The notes under the pieces were generated by a model. The model was given only the letters and a program-made list of their open reading frames with translations. It had not been told where the DNA came from and made no database searches. Shown here piece by piece: positions 18,601 to 27,423 of a stretch of DNA of 64,000 nt. Where the stretch lies: IMG/VR virus record IMGVR_UViG_3300042886_000142; one strand, written 5' to 3'. Each line of letters starts with the position of its first letter. The stretch's first letter is position 1. The translations under genes and the position numbers were made by a program. This DNA is from an uncultured virus (IMG/VR IMGVR_UViG_3300042886_000142) (Duplodnaviria; Heunggongvirae; Uroviricota; Caudoviricetes).

Positions 18601-20893
18601 GTCATCTATCTATACAAAGACTATAGATAAATATGCTCCTCTTCCATTCCCTAATCAAACAGCATCACTTATTGATTCTAATAATGTGCCATTAATATCA
18701 GAAAACTCTAGATTTGTTATTGGTGGTCCAAACTATTGTACTGCAAGTGTAGCTGATAAGAAAGACAACTATTGTAACATTCCTGAGAAGGAACAAGACA
18801 TTAGTGTTATTTCATATTATGCATCATTAAAAAATATATTTTTAAATCAATGGGGCCAAATGTATTCTTACGAGACTGTTGATACAGGATTCCAAAGAAT
18901 GTTTAATATAAGTTCTTATTCTGATGATGTAGTATTTGGTGGAGATACATTTATAAATAAGTTTGCATATAAGACAAAACTTCCTTTCTTCTTGGATAAT
19001 AGAGTGAACGGATTAGATGATAGTGATATATTCTATGATGAGATTGGCAATGTAGCCTATCCAAAATTCTGGCACTCTGCTAGATCTATTCTATATACAT
19101 ATACGAATATGATAAACATTATATCAATTAAAGCTCACAACTTTGATTGCTACAATGATCCTGCAGCTATTCCAAAAAGTAGTGATCCTGCAGCTGGTAC
19201 ATATAGAACTTTCTATGATGGATTCTTTTATTTATTTGCATATGGTGTACCTAACTTCTATTGTGAATCTAATTATAATGTAGATATACGTCAAGCATTT
19301 AATGATAGAGAAGGTGATTTCTGGCCACATGTATCAACTGGTATTCCAGATGATTGGGTACAAGAAGAGTTTACATCTATTGCATATGATAATACATATC
19401 ATTACAATGTAACATTCTCTAAACAGAACAAAGAGAATTATTTCTCACATTTACCAGCAGACTGGACATCAGATTTATGTTTTACATATTACCCATTTAG
19501 AGTGGTGTATTCTGATCCTCAAGTTAACAATGCTGATGTAAGAGTTAATAACTGGTTAAGCTATTCTCCATTATCATTATATGACTTTCCACAGAATTAT
19601 GGAAACCTTGTATCATTAGATGGTATTCAGAATAAAGCTGTGTTAGCTAGATTTGAGAACAAGTCATTGTTATATAATAAATTATTAACAATGAATACAA
19701 GTAATCCTCAAGCAGCTTATTTAGGTAACCCTTCTTTATTTGCAGGAGCACCTCCTATTGATTTTGCTGAAACAGATCTTGGATATGTAGGAAGTCAGAA
19801 TAAGTTTTTATTAAAGATTCCACAAGGACAAGTAACAGTAGATGCTAAAAGAGGACAAATCTTTTTACTTACAAATGAAGGAGCTAATGAGATTTCAGGA
19901 TTTGGATCTGGTGTAAATAGATTTATGACAGACCATTTATCTTTTGAGATATCTAGATATTTCCCAACACATCAAGAAACCATAGATGGTAAAACAATTA
20001 CTATTCCAGGAGTAGATACAGATAATAATTATAATGGTATTGGATTACATGGTGTATATGATAGTAAGTTTGAAAGAGTTATAATTACAAAACTAGATTA
20101 TATTCCTATTGATAAAGATGTGAAGTATGATCCTATAACTAAAGAGTTCTATGTTGAAAAAGTTGTGTATGTTGTAATTCCTACAACAACAAGTACAACA
20201 ACTATTTATACACCTACAACAAGCACTACGTCTAGTTCAACTAGTTCTACTACTACATCAACATCTACCTCTACTAGTACAACAACTAGTACTACAACAC
20301 TATATCCATTTCCATTAGTTACAATTTGTGATCAAACTTGGATAGCAAAAAATCTAGATGTTACTCATTATAGAAATGGGGATGTTATTCCACAAGCAAC
20401 AACACAATCGCAAATGCTTGCATACGGATTTTCACAAATAGGATGTTGGTCTTATGCAGCTTACAATACAGCTAATGGTACCGTTTATGGTAAATTATAT
20501 AATTGGTATGCAGTGAATGATTCAAGAGGCTTAGCTCCATTAGGATATCATGTACCTACTATTAATGAATGGACAACATTAATTAATTGTTTAGGAGGTA
20601 ACTCTGTTGCTGGAGGTAAAATAAAAGAAGTTGGTACAGCACATTGGACTAGCCCTAATACAGGTGCTACAAATGAATCTGGCTTTACAGCTTTAGGAGC
20701 AGGATTAAATCCTAGTTCAGGAACAGTAACTTATCCACCTTCAAATATAAATTACTTTACATATTTTTGGACAGCTACATCAGTTAATAGTAGTACTGCT
20801 AATAATGTATTTTTTAGATTTAGCGATGGTACAGCAAATCCAACATCTGGTGAAAAAACAACAGCCTATTCTGTTCGTTTAATAAAAAATTAA
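15686..20893 (+). CDS. Tail stabilisation/muzzle protein (P22 gp10-like), N-terminal and major part, with poly-Thr linker and Fib_succ_major domain at the C-terminus
   Basis: GLNMD...YALNA...NEQGN start, IYWTDG, GYLRDEVYAFEIVF, FGGDTFI and DAKRG motifs. C-terminus ICDQTWIAKNLDV...YGKLYNWYAV...LAPLGYHVPTINEW...YSVRLIKN is a canonical Fib_succ_major pattern. Confidence 0.8.
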   Translation: MADELDKIKQILGGDQSNIKLEPNFGAIGLNMDQTLNQIKPGTLTYALNAALENFDASSVNYQNEQGNEFCLQFPSGYSLIGTYFINEKNKHIFFIVNSDIGMSQIGYMDNNDCNYVTLVESACLNFDINHPIHKVVHKITNCKTEIYWTDGYNSRRYLDIENIPYTLAYDSDLCDPTYTDQLDCNQLKIQPNFNIPELEITNIYNGGDLTSGTYQFAIQYCDASGNAYTSYYSVTNPTPIADTQLTTAIFDYKVGKSIEVTVNNLDITGLYLYYNIAVIKTINNITSIELVGTYSIENQVDVVTYTGQNNTLINLTALDIFEKYPYYDIAQDLTTAQDVIMWDNLTSIDRINYQEIASKIELLWETYRIPSNENYADELNATNLRGYLRDEVYAFEIVFLLKNGKQTDGFHIPGRTLTYDDLQYPDIPTTNADFIGEPDYVDPTSGVGYSPYWKIYNTASVLGQATGNPIGNATPHEYGEFAYWESIETYPCNIDVWGDLAGQQIRHHKFPDVLVSPIFENPIYALTPGFQPEMQSDAVFPLGVKVDISQIQSLISNSSIAQDQKDNIAGFKIVRGNRNTNKSIVAKGMLRNVATYQRQEQTLYYPNYPYNDLNEDPFLNATTNAYDSLGQSQVWIVQCKETGTYEYTDTVTGKLVSCIPMKAGENYEFCSLTRPKYLTGKACIGPGNYDVIVFDYSICTDAYLLRADSEWTCDNSALTTVKFGTVPFCSFACNLCSLNTCGIFIDKISIGEWPYYEDADGYVGSAEAVCRREEPWPLRLALGELPPYDSRSCINFSRRSPLNDTCGLAKSLPAITSESSRYRQVFNSPDTSFSQPFLGDILKLENVMFGGGKAHFVPVKGNAKYRLLSRQAQEDALDSSFALVVGSGDMTAVFTAYQAYLTIYVNGITRKNYAQSFNSIASYDYSADIGNNITSNGVVGIKQRQLDIQTYLIPGVLNVGDDKNINNYQRESSIYTKTIDKYAPLPFPNQTASLIDSNNVPLISENSRFVIGGPNYCTASVADKKDNYCNIPEKEQDISVISYYASLKNIFLNQWGQMYSYETVDTGFQRMFNISSYSDDVVFGGDTFINKFAYKTKLPFFLDNRVNGLDDSDIFYDEIGNVAYPKFWHSARSILYTYTNMINIISIKAHNFDCYNDPAAIPKSSDPAAGTYRTFYDGFFYLFAYGVPNFYCESNYNVDIRQAFNDREGDFWPHVSTGIPDDWVQEEFTSIAYDNTYHYNVTFSKQNKENYFSHLPADWTSDLCFTYYPFRVVYSDPQVNNADVRVNNWLSYSPLSLYDFPQNYGNLVSLDGIQNKAVLARFENKSLLYNKLLTMNTSNPQAAYLGNPSLFAGAPPIDFAETDLGYVGSQNKFLLKIPQGQVTVDAKRGQIFLLTNEGANEISGFGSGVNRFMTDHLSFEISRYFPTHQETIDGKTITIPGVDTDNNYNGIGLHGVYDSKFERVIITKLDYIPIDKDVKYDPITKEFYVEKVVYVVIPTTTSTTTIYTPTTSTTSSSTSSTTTSTSTSTSTTTSTTTLYPFPLVTICDQTWIAKNLDVTHYRNGDVIPQATTQSQMLAYGFSQIGCWSYAAYNTANGTVYGKLYNWYAVNDSRGLAPLGYHVPTINEWTTLINCLGGNSVAGGKIKEVGTAHWTSPNTGATNESGFTALGAGLNPSSGTVTYPPSNINYFTYFWTATSVNSSTANNVFFRFSDGTANPTSGEKTTAYSVRLIKN

Positions 20894-20897
20894 TATA

Positions 20898-22436
20898 ATG
20901 GCTAAGGAAATACAAACACCAGTAGTGTTACGAACACAAGTTTATTTAAATGACCCAGACTACTTTTGTAATAAGAGTTGGACTATGTCATATAATTTAA
21001 ATACTAAGTCATGGATAAGTTATCATAGTTATATCCCTAATTTCTATATAGGAGAAAACAATTTCTTTTATTCAGGACTTAATGGATGTTGTGATGATGG
21101 TGAGAGTGGTGGGTTTCAAGTTATTGCTGGAGAATTCAATAAAGTGGTACCAACCTCTACATCAACAACAACTTTCTATCCTTCTCCAACTACTACATCT
21201 ACCACTACAGTGTTAGATTGTATATTAGTAGGAGCAGCAATTACAACAAGTTGTGAATTAGTAGGTAATGCAATAATCACTGTACCACCTACAACTACTA
21301 CCACTATATGTCAAAGACCTTCTAATCTATTAACTCAATTTATATTTATACAAGGATATACATTAGGAACAGATCCAGAAGTAATATTTATTAGTAGTCT
21401 ACAAGATGCATGTAATGCATTACCTGCTATTGAGTATGTAGGTAGTCCTACTAATACTGACAGTAGTACAGTGAATACATTTAATGGATATGCAAATACT
21501 ACATCAACAGAATTAGAAATTGGAAACATAGTTTATTATGGTGATTCATTAGATTGTACATTTGTTCCTGATGGATGGTATTATGCTTATTCTCCTTTGT
21601 TAGATTTTATTTATCAGATTGTAGGAGGAGTGGTTGTAACAATAACAACATGTGATTGTGGAATAACTACATCTACTACTACAACTATGCCTGTAGTATC
21701 AGAGTGTTGTGGAATTTTATTAGCATCAACTGATGCTATTAATTATTTCAATAAGTTAACAAATGTAATAACTCCATTAAATGTACCAGGATATACAACT
21801 TCTTCAGGTATAGCTATGACAACAGATAAGTTATGGTCTATTAATGCTGATATAAAAGAATGGAACATATTATTAAATCCATTTTTAGCAACGTTTAATA
21901 GAACAATAACTCTTCCTGGAGGATTTACTACATCATCTGGAATTGTTGCTTTAAATAATACAGCATTGATTGCTATAGATAGTTCAGCATCTCCACAAGA
22001 AGTTGTAGAATTAAACATTACTACATTGAGTGCATCTGCTGCTATTCAGTTTACGTTACAAGCTAATAGACAAGCTTCTGGTAATCCATTATATATACAG
22101 ACAGGTCAGATAATTATAATCAATCAAGATGTCATATCTTCTGATTATTATATTACACAATACAATTATTCTACAGGAACACTTGAACTTGATATTAATA
22201 TTGGAACTGTAGAAGGTGTTACATTATTTGAATGTGATTGTGATATTTATGTTACAGATGCATCTGGACACATGTATGTAATAATTAAAGCATTCCCTTA
22301 TGTATTATTATATCTAGGATATAGTATTAATTTAACATCTATAAGTTCTGCTACTCAAATTGGAAGCTGTATAGTTAGTTCTATCACTGGAAATAGTAAT
22401 GTACCAACAACAACAACCACTACAACTATCCCTTAA
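20898..22436 (+). CDS. Second piece of the muzzle protein (short propeller segment) plus Thr/Cys-rich passenger domains
   Basis: Begins with SWTMSYNLNTKSWISYHSYIPNFY, a segment normally internal to stabilisation proteins; ends in PTTTTTTTIP. Confidence 0.65.
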   Translation: MAKEIQTPVVLRTQVYLNDPDYFCNKSWTMSYNLNTKSWISYHSYIPNFYIGENNFFYSGLNGCCDDGESGGFQVIAGEFNKVVPTSTSTTTFYPSPTTTSTTTVLDCILVGAAITTSCELVGNAIITVPPTTTTTICQRPSNLLTQFIFIQGYTLGTDPEVIFISSLQDACNALPAIEYVGSPTNTDSSTVNTFNGYANTTSTELEIGNIVYYGDSLDCTFVPDGWYYAYSPLLDFIYQIVGGVVVTITTCDCGITTSTTTTMPVVSECCGILLASTDAINYFNKLTNVITPLNVPGYTTSSGIAMTTDKLWSINADIKEWNILLNPFLATFNRTITLPGGFTTSSGIVALNNTALIAIDSSASPQEVVELNITTLSASAAIQFTLQANRQASGNPLYIQTGQIIIINQDVISSDYYITQYNYSTGTLELDINIGTVEGVTLFECDCDIYVTDASGHMYVIIKAFPYVLLYLGYSINLTSISSATQIGSCIVSSITGNSNVPTTTTTTTIP

Positions 22437-22437
22437 C

Positions 22438-23304
22438 ATGACAAAAATAATAACCATAAAATTAGTACAAACTGGACCAACTGCTGGACCATTTAACATT
22501 AGTGATCTTTCTGGAAATATTATAGCTGAGAATGTTTCTAGAAAAACATTAATTGAAGGTATAAGTTATGTAGTAGATGTTAGTGTTGATACAATTATTC
22601 TTAAATCTATAGGTGATTGTGAGTTGACTGTAACTGTACCATTGAAAAGATTTAATATAGTAGAGTATCAGAATATAAAATATACACAATCTGCAACTGG
22701 GTGTTTATGGAGACATTTAACAAACATAGAAAAGTATAATGAATTCTATGGACATATAGAACCATACATCATTGAGTATCCTTTTGCATATCAATTTCAA
22801 GATGAAATCCTTCAGAATGTAAAAGATTATACTAAGGCATATGAATATCTTCCTATACGTGATGGTGTGTTTAATGATAATGTAAGAATAGAAACAAATA
22901 ACAAATGGTTTAATAAAGCTGTTTTATATAATGGACAACAGAGTTCTGGAGTGCTTGAATTGGTTGCAAAACCTTTACATAATATGAAAGCTTATATGCA
23001 ATATCCTATTCTTAATGCTGAGAGTAAAACTATCACTTATACTAAGAGTGATAACTTCTATCAGTATAATACATTCTGGGCTGCAGAGATAAGTTCTCAG
23101 ATTCCATTATTTAGCACATCGTGTGAAAGTCTTTCAATAGATAAGATAGTGAATCAAAAGAATATGGACTATGGTCCTAGAAGTTTCAAGAAAGCAACAC
23201 TAAGAGCAAAAGAATTAAAGGTGAGACATATACTAGATAATAGTTCAACAACACATCTAGTGTCTCAATTCATAACAGCACCTGCACAAATATCATACAA
23301 GTAA
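22438..23304 (+). CDS. Third (C-terminal) piece of the muzzle protein with an N-terminal extra domain
   Basis: ATG at 22438, 1 nt after the upstream stop, is preferred over 22399. LWRH...YNEFYG...FNKAVLYNGQQSSG...LRAKE pattern of crAss stabilisation C-termini. Confidence 0.65.
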   Translation: MTKIITIKLVQTGPTAGPFNISDLSGNIIAENVSRKTLIEGISYVVDVSVDTIILKSIGDCELTVTVPLKRFNIVEYQNIKYTQSATGCLWRHLTNIEKYNEFYGHIEPYIIEYPFAYQFQDEILQNVKDYTKAYEYLPIRDGVFNDNVRIETNNKWFNKAVLYNGQQSSGVLELVAKPLHNMKAYMQYPILNAESKTITYTKSDNFYQYNTFWAAEISSQIPLFSTSCESLSIDKIVNQKNMDYGPRSFKKATLRAKELKVRHILDNSSTTHLVSQFITAPAQISYK

Positions 23305-23305
23305 A

Positions 23306-23986
23306 ATGGCAAAAGGTTGGTTAGACAATTACGGTAAACAAGAGAATTATAATAATTCTAAAACCTCTGTTCCTGAAGGATATGAAGGAGAAGGATATTC
23401 TATGAAAGGAAGAAACTATTCTCCTGCATGGGGTGGACAATTTCAAATGGGTGGATCTGTCTATCCAGTTAACTATGTTCCTCAAGCAGCGATGGGTGGA
23501 ACTATAGCAGGAGCTGTAGGTTTCTCATATGCACGTACACAAGGAGCTGCTCCTAGTAAAGGACCACATAGAAACAAAGTTGATGTTACAGATGCTTCTG
23601 CACAGAATGGTCAAGAGATGAACTATTATAAAAATGGATTAGATTGGAAACCTAAGAGTATAAGTAAAGGTGGCTCTATAATTAAAGATGAGATGGGTCA
23701 ATGGAATCACCCAGGAGAGATAACAGAAATATCAGGAGATACAATGGCAACACATGGATACGGTGATATACCATTGTATGTAGTTCCAGATAAAGGTGAG
23801 CCTAGATTAGTACAACCTAATACAGGAATACAAAAGTTTCCAGGAGCAAAGAAGTTTACAGAATATCCTGTATCTCAAAATGGATTAAGACAAGAACAAA
23901 AGAGTTTGCAGAATTTAGATAATCTAACTAACTTTACAAATTATAATAAACCACAACCAGGAGGCTGGCTAAACAAATACAATTAA
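23306..23986 (+). CDS. Low-complexity virion cargo protein with terminal GWLxxY repeats
   Basis: 226 aa; KGWLDNY at the N-terminus, GGWLNKY at the C-terminus; internal QMGG/AMGG/AQNG motifs. Confidence 0.6.
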   Translation: MAKGWLDNYGKQENYNNSKTSVPEGYEGEGYSMKGRNYSPAWGGQFQMGGSVYPVNYVPQAAMGGTIAGAVGFSYARTQGAAPSKGPHRNKVDVTDASAQNGQEMNYYKNGLDWKPKSISKGGSIIKDEMGQWNHPGEITEISGDTMATHGYGDIPLYVVPDKGEPRLVQPNTGIQKFPGAKKFTEYPVSQNGLRQEQKSLQNLDNLTNFTNYNKPQPGGWLNKYN

Positions 23987-23987
23987 T

Positions 23988-26900
23988 ATGAAGGCACAAA
24001 TTTTAAAAATCGCTGGTGTTAAATCTGAAAAGGAGTTCTACAAAAAATATCCATCAGAGAAAGCATTTATGAAACAACATGGCAAAGCTTTTAAGAAAGC
24101 TCAGATAGGTGCTATGATGGATAATAATAATAATGGTATTCCAGATGCTGTAGAAAATCCAAATAACACAAGTGCATTAGGTGCTCCTGGATTTGGACAA
24201 ACTGCTAACTATGCAGACACTCTAGGATATCAGAGTCAACCTTCATATTTACCAAAACCTCCTATGCCAGTTGATGATAATTATACGCCAATGGTTGAAG
24301 GTTATCCTCGTCAATCATTTACAGATGCTGAAATAGCAAAACAGAATGAGCAAATAATTGATCCTTCTACTAATGAAAAACAAAAGGGTCCTGGCTTTAA
24401 TATGACAGGTGCAGCAAATGTAGTTACTGGAACTAAAGAAGGGTTAGATGCATTAACTGCAGAACAGAAGTTAACAGATAAAATGAGAACCTGGGCTAAT
24501 GTTTCTGATGTAATTAAAGAAGCTGGTATATCAAATGCATATTTACAAAAAGAACCAAACAAATGGCTTAGAGCAGATGATCCTAGATTCACACATAACA
24601 TTGGTGAACTATATCGTCCACAAGGAAGAGGAAGTGATGTTATTAGCCAGAATGGATCTTCTATTGGAGGTAATCCTACAGAGATACAAAACACTTATTC
24701 AGATGGAGTTACATTATATGATGATCTTGGATATGCACCACTTGATGCTAATGAATATAATAATGATGCCAATAATGTAAAAGCATTTCAAGGTGGTGGA
24801 GGATTTGGAAGTTGGTTTGGACAAGCTACTAATTCATTAGGTGGAGATAGTGCTAAAGGATTCATGGGTAATATGGGAGGTGGAAGTCCATTTGATTCTA
24901 TGATAGGTGGTGCCTTTGGAAATAATGCAGGAAGTAAAATAGGTGGTTCTATTGGTAGTGTATTTGGACCAGTTGGATCATTAGTTGGTACAGCTATTGG
25001 AGGATATGCTGATAAGGAAGGTGGTAAACAAGCATTTGCTCAAAGTAGAATTAATTCAAATCAATCATTTTTAAATAGACTTAGTGCTACAGGTGGTATA
25101 CATAATCAATTTTCACAAGTTACTCAGAATGGTGGAGACCTTGCTATGTATGAAGAAGGAGGATATATGAATCCTGAATATAATCCACAAGTGATTGCTA
25201 TGTTTGGTGATCATAATGCACAAGACTTTGCTGACTATGCACATAAAGATGTAGCAAGAGCAGGTGGACATTTAAAAGAATATACAGCTCCTAGTAATAG
25301 AGCTATGGAAACTTTTGCATTAGGTGGTAAACTTCAAAGTCATTGGGGTGGAAATGTTGAAGACATATCTTATAATCCTTACATGCCAGGTTCTGGTAAA
25401 ACAGCAATGATTAACGGACCTTCACATAATAATGATGGTGTAGGAATTAGTTATGGTAATCCACAGAATGGATACAATGAAGGTTATGCTGCAAATGGTG
25501 CAGAGATGAAAGCACAAATAGAAGGTGAAGGAGGAGAACCTGTAATTGAAATGGCAGAAGGTGGTAATATAAATCCTCAAACAGGAGAACAAGAAACATC
25601 TGCTGTAGTGGCTGGTAACATACCAGTTAGTTTAGATATGGCAAAGCTTACTGAAAACCCTGATCTTATAAGAATAGCTACTGACAATCCTAATCATACA
25701 TTTAAAAAAATAATTGCTAGTTATTCTAATGGTGAGAACAAAGCAAATAAATTAAAAGAACAAGCTGCTGATATATCAAATGAAGCAGACAAAACTAAGT
25801 GGGGAAAACTAGATGAACAAACTGCTTTTATAAAAGATAAATCTGGAGATATGGAACTTAAAAGAATTGCTAAAGATAAGATGTTACTTGCTAACTATCA
25901 GAATGTACTACATAAGATTAAAGACGAAATTTCACAAGCTAAAGGTAAAAATATTAGTGCAGAAGCATTAGGTAAAGGATTAATAGAAATAGATAAAGAT
26001 CCTATTACTAAGAATGCACCTTTGACTCAAACTGCTAAATTTGGAGCCAGTCTTATGAAAGCTCAGAACAGTGCTACCATTACCCCAACTGATGGAGCTC
26101 CACGCCTTACACAAGAACAATATAATAAACTTGTATCATTATATGAGCAAGGTAAGAAAGATAAAAAGAGTCCTGCTATAAAAGAGTTCCAACATTTATA
26201 TCATCAATTCTTTCCTAAAGAAGCTGTTGAAGCAATTCAAAAGACTACTAAAGAAAGAGGTGTGACATCTAAAGGAAAACAAATGGGTCTTACTAAAGAA
26301 GATATTCTTTCAGGAAAAGATACTGGTAGAATATTAGAAAGTAACGAAGATGAATTCTTTGGACCTAGAACAATACAGTATATGTCTAATATCAATACTG
26401 ATTTTAATAAAACACCTCCAACAAAAGATTTACAATTAAAAGGTCTTGGTACACCATCTACCACTGGAGAAACTTCTACTAAATCACCAATTGATGTAGT
26501 TCCTTATAAAGGAAATAGAATAGGAGAGATTGCTGGTCTAGTTTCTAGTTTGTTTCAAAATAATAGACTACCAGGTATTGATCCACGTCAGTTTGCTAAA
26601 GAATATTTAGCTATGGCTACTAATGCAGTGGAACCTGTTCAATCTCAGAGATTACAACAACAACTAGATCCTTTATATCGTGTGAGTTATGAAGATATTA
26701 GAAATCAAACTACTGCAGATTTTAGAGAAGCTGAGAGACAACTAGCAGGTAACCCAGCAGCATTGGCAAGTTTATATAGTAAAAAGTTTATGGCAAACCA
26801 ACCAGGTTATGCTGAAGAGTTTAGAACTAACCAAGCTATTGAAGATAAAATATTTGGTGGTAATAGAGCTAAGATAAATCAAACTGCTGCTGCAAACATA

Positions 26901-27344
26901 CAACTAGATGCTGCACAAAGAGATTTACAAGAGAAAGCAAAATCTATTACAAAGGAAACACAAAGAGAAGCTATTGGATCTATTGCTGACAAGACTCTTC
27001 AACATGAAGCTCGTAATTTAGAATATAATATTAAGAGTAACTTGTTCCCTAAATTTGGATATGATCCTTCTGGTAAAATACATACGCAAGGACCATGGTT
27101 CCAACCAAACATCCCACAAGTATATGGTAGTAACGCAACGTTATCTCAAGTTCCTATATATGGTGCTGATGGTAAAATAACAGGTTACCAATTGCAACCC
27201 TATGATCCTAATGCTACAACAACAGATACAACAACATTAGCTTCTTATGCAACACCTGGTGTAGTTGCTGCTAAAAAGAATGGAGGATCAGTTGTTAAAA
27301 ATGCTAAGAACAGTTCAGTTGTTAAAGCATACAAAAATTTATAA
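23988..27344 (+). CDS. Ejected cargo protein with glycine-zipper membrane segment
   Basis: 1118 aa; GSKIGGSIGSVFGPVGSLVGTAIGG zipper, GPSH..DGV and EGEGGE motifs, helical Q/A-rich C-terminus; lies upstream of the RNAP gene. Confidence 0.6.
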   Translation: MKAQILKIAGVKSEKEFYKKYPSEKAFMKQHGKAFKKAQIGAMMDNNNNGIPDAVENPNNTSALGAPGFGQTANYADTLGYQSQPSYLPKPPMPVDDNYTPMVEGYPRQSFTDAEIAKQNEQIIDPSTNEKQKGPGFNMTGAANVVTGTKEGLDALTAEQKLTDKMRTWANVSDVIKEAGISNAYLQKEPNKWLRADDPRFTHNIGELYRPQGRGSDVISQNGSSIGGNPTEIQNTYSDGVTLYDDLGYAPLDANEYNNDANNVKAFQGGGGFGSWFGQATNSLGGDSAKGFMGNMGGGSPFDSMIGGAFGNNAGSKIGGSIGSVFGPVGSLVGTAIGGYADKEGGKQAFAQSRINSNQSFLNRLSATGGIHNQFSQVTQNGGDLAMYEEGGYMNPEYNPQVIAMFGDHNAQDFADYAHKDVARAGGHLKEYTAPSNRAMETFALGGKLQSHWGGNVEDISYNPYMPGSGKTAMINGPSHNNDGVGISYGNPQNGYNEGYAANGAEMKAQIEGEGGEPVIEMAEGGNINPQTGEQETSAVVAGNIPVSLDMAKLTENPDLIRIATDNPNHTFKKIIASYSNGENKANKLKEQAADISNEADKTKWGKLDEQTAFIKDKSGDMELKRIAKDKMLLANYQNVLHKIKDEISQAKGKNISAEALGKGLIEIDKDPITKNAPLTQTAKFGASLMKAQNSATITPTDGAPRLTQEQYNKLVSLYEQGKKDKKSPAIKEFQHLYHQFFPKEAVEAIQKTTKERGVTSKGKQMGLTKEDILSGKDTGRILESNEDEFFGPRTIQYMSNINTDFNKTPPTKDLQLKGLGTPSTTGETSTKSPIDVVPYKGNRIGEIAGLVSSLFQNNRLPGIDPRQFAKEYLAMATNAVEPVQSQRLQQQLDPLYRVSYEDIRNQTTADFREAERQLAGNPAALASLYSKKFMANQPGYAEEFRTNQAIEDKIFGGNRAKINQTAAANIQLDAAQRDLQEKAKSITKETQREAIGSIADKTLQHEARNLEYNIKSNLFPKFGYDPSGKIHTQGPWFQPNIPQVYGSNATLSQVPIYGADGKITGYQLQPYDPNATTTDTTTLASYATPGVVAAKKNGGSVVKNAKNSSVVKAYKNL

Positions 27345-27384
27345 CCAATTTAATTATAAAGAATTACCAAAATTGATTATTAGT

Positions 27385-27416
27385 TTTGGATAATTTAATA
27401 ATTCATATTACATTTG
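27385..27416 (+). promoter_or_regulatory. Bacteroidota sigma-A promoter (-33 TTTG / -7 TAnnTTTG)
   Basis: TTTG at 27385, 20-nt spacer, TACATTTG at 27409; only 7 nt before the ATG, implying an almost leaderless mRNA. Confidence 0.6.
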
Positions 27417-27423
27417 CTTAATT

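Noticed and set aside
20305..20893. Complete diversity-generating retroelement
   Set aside because: No reverse transcriptase and no TR/VR near-identical pair found in the window.
15686..23304. Group I introns or inteins explaining the split muzzle gene
   Set aside because: The intervening DNA encodes in-frame Thr-linked adhesin modules; no homing endonuclease, intron core or C...HN intein termini were recognised.
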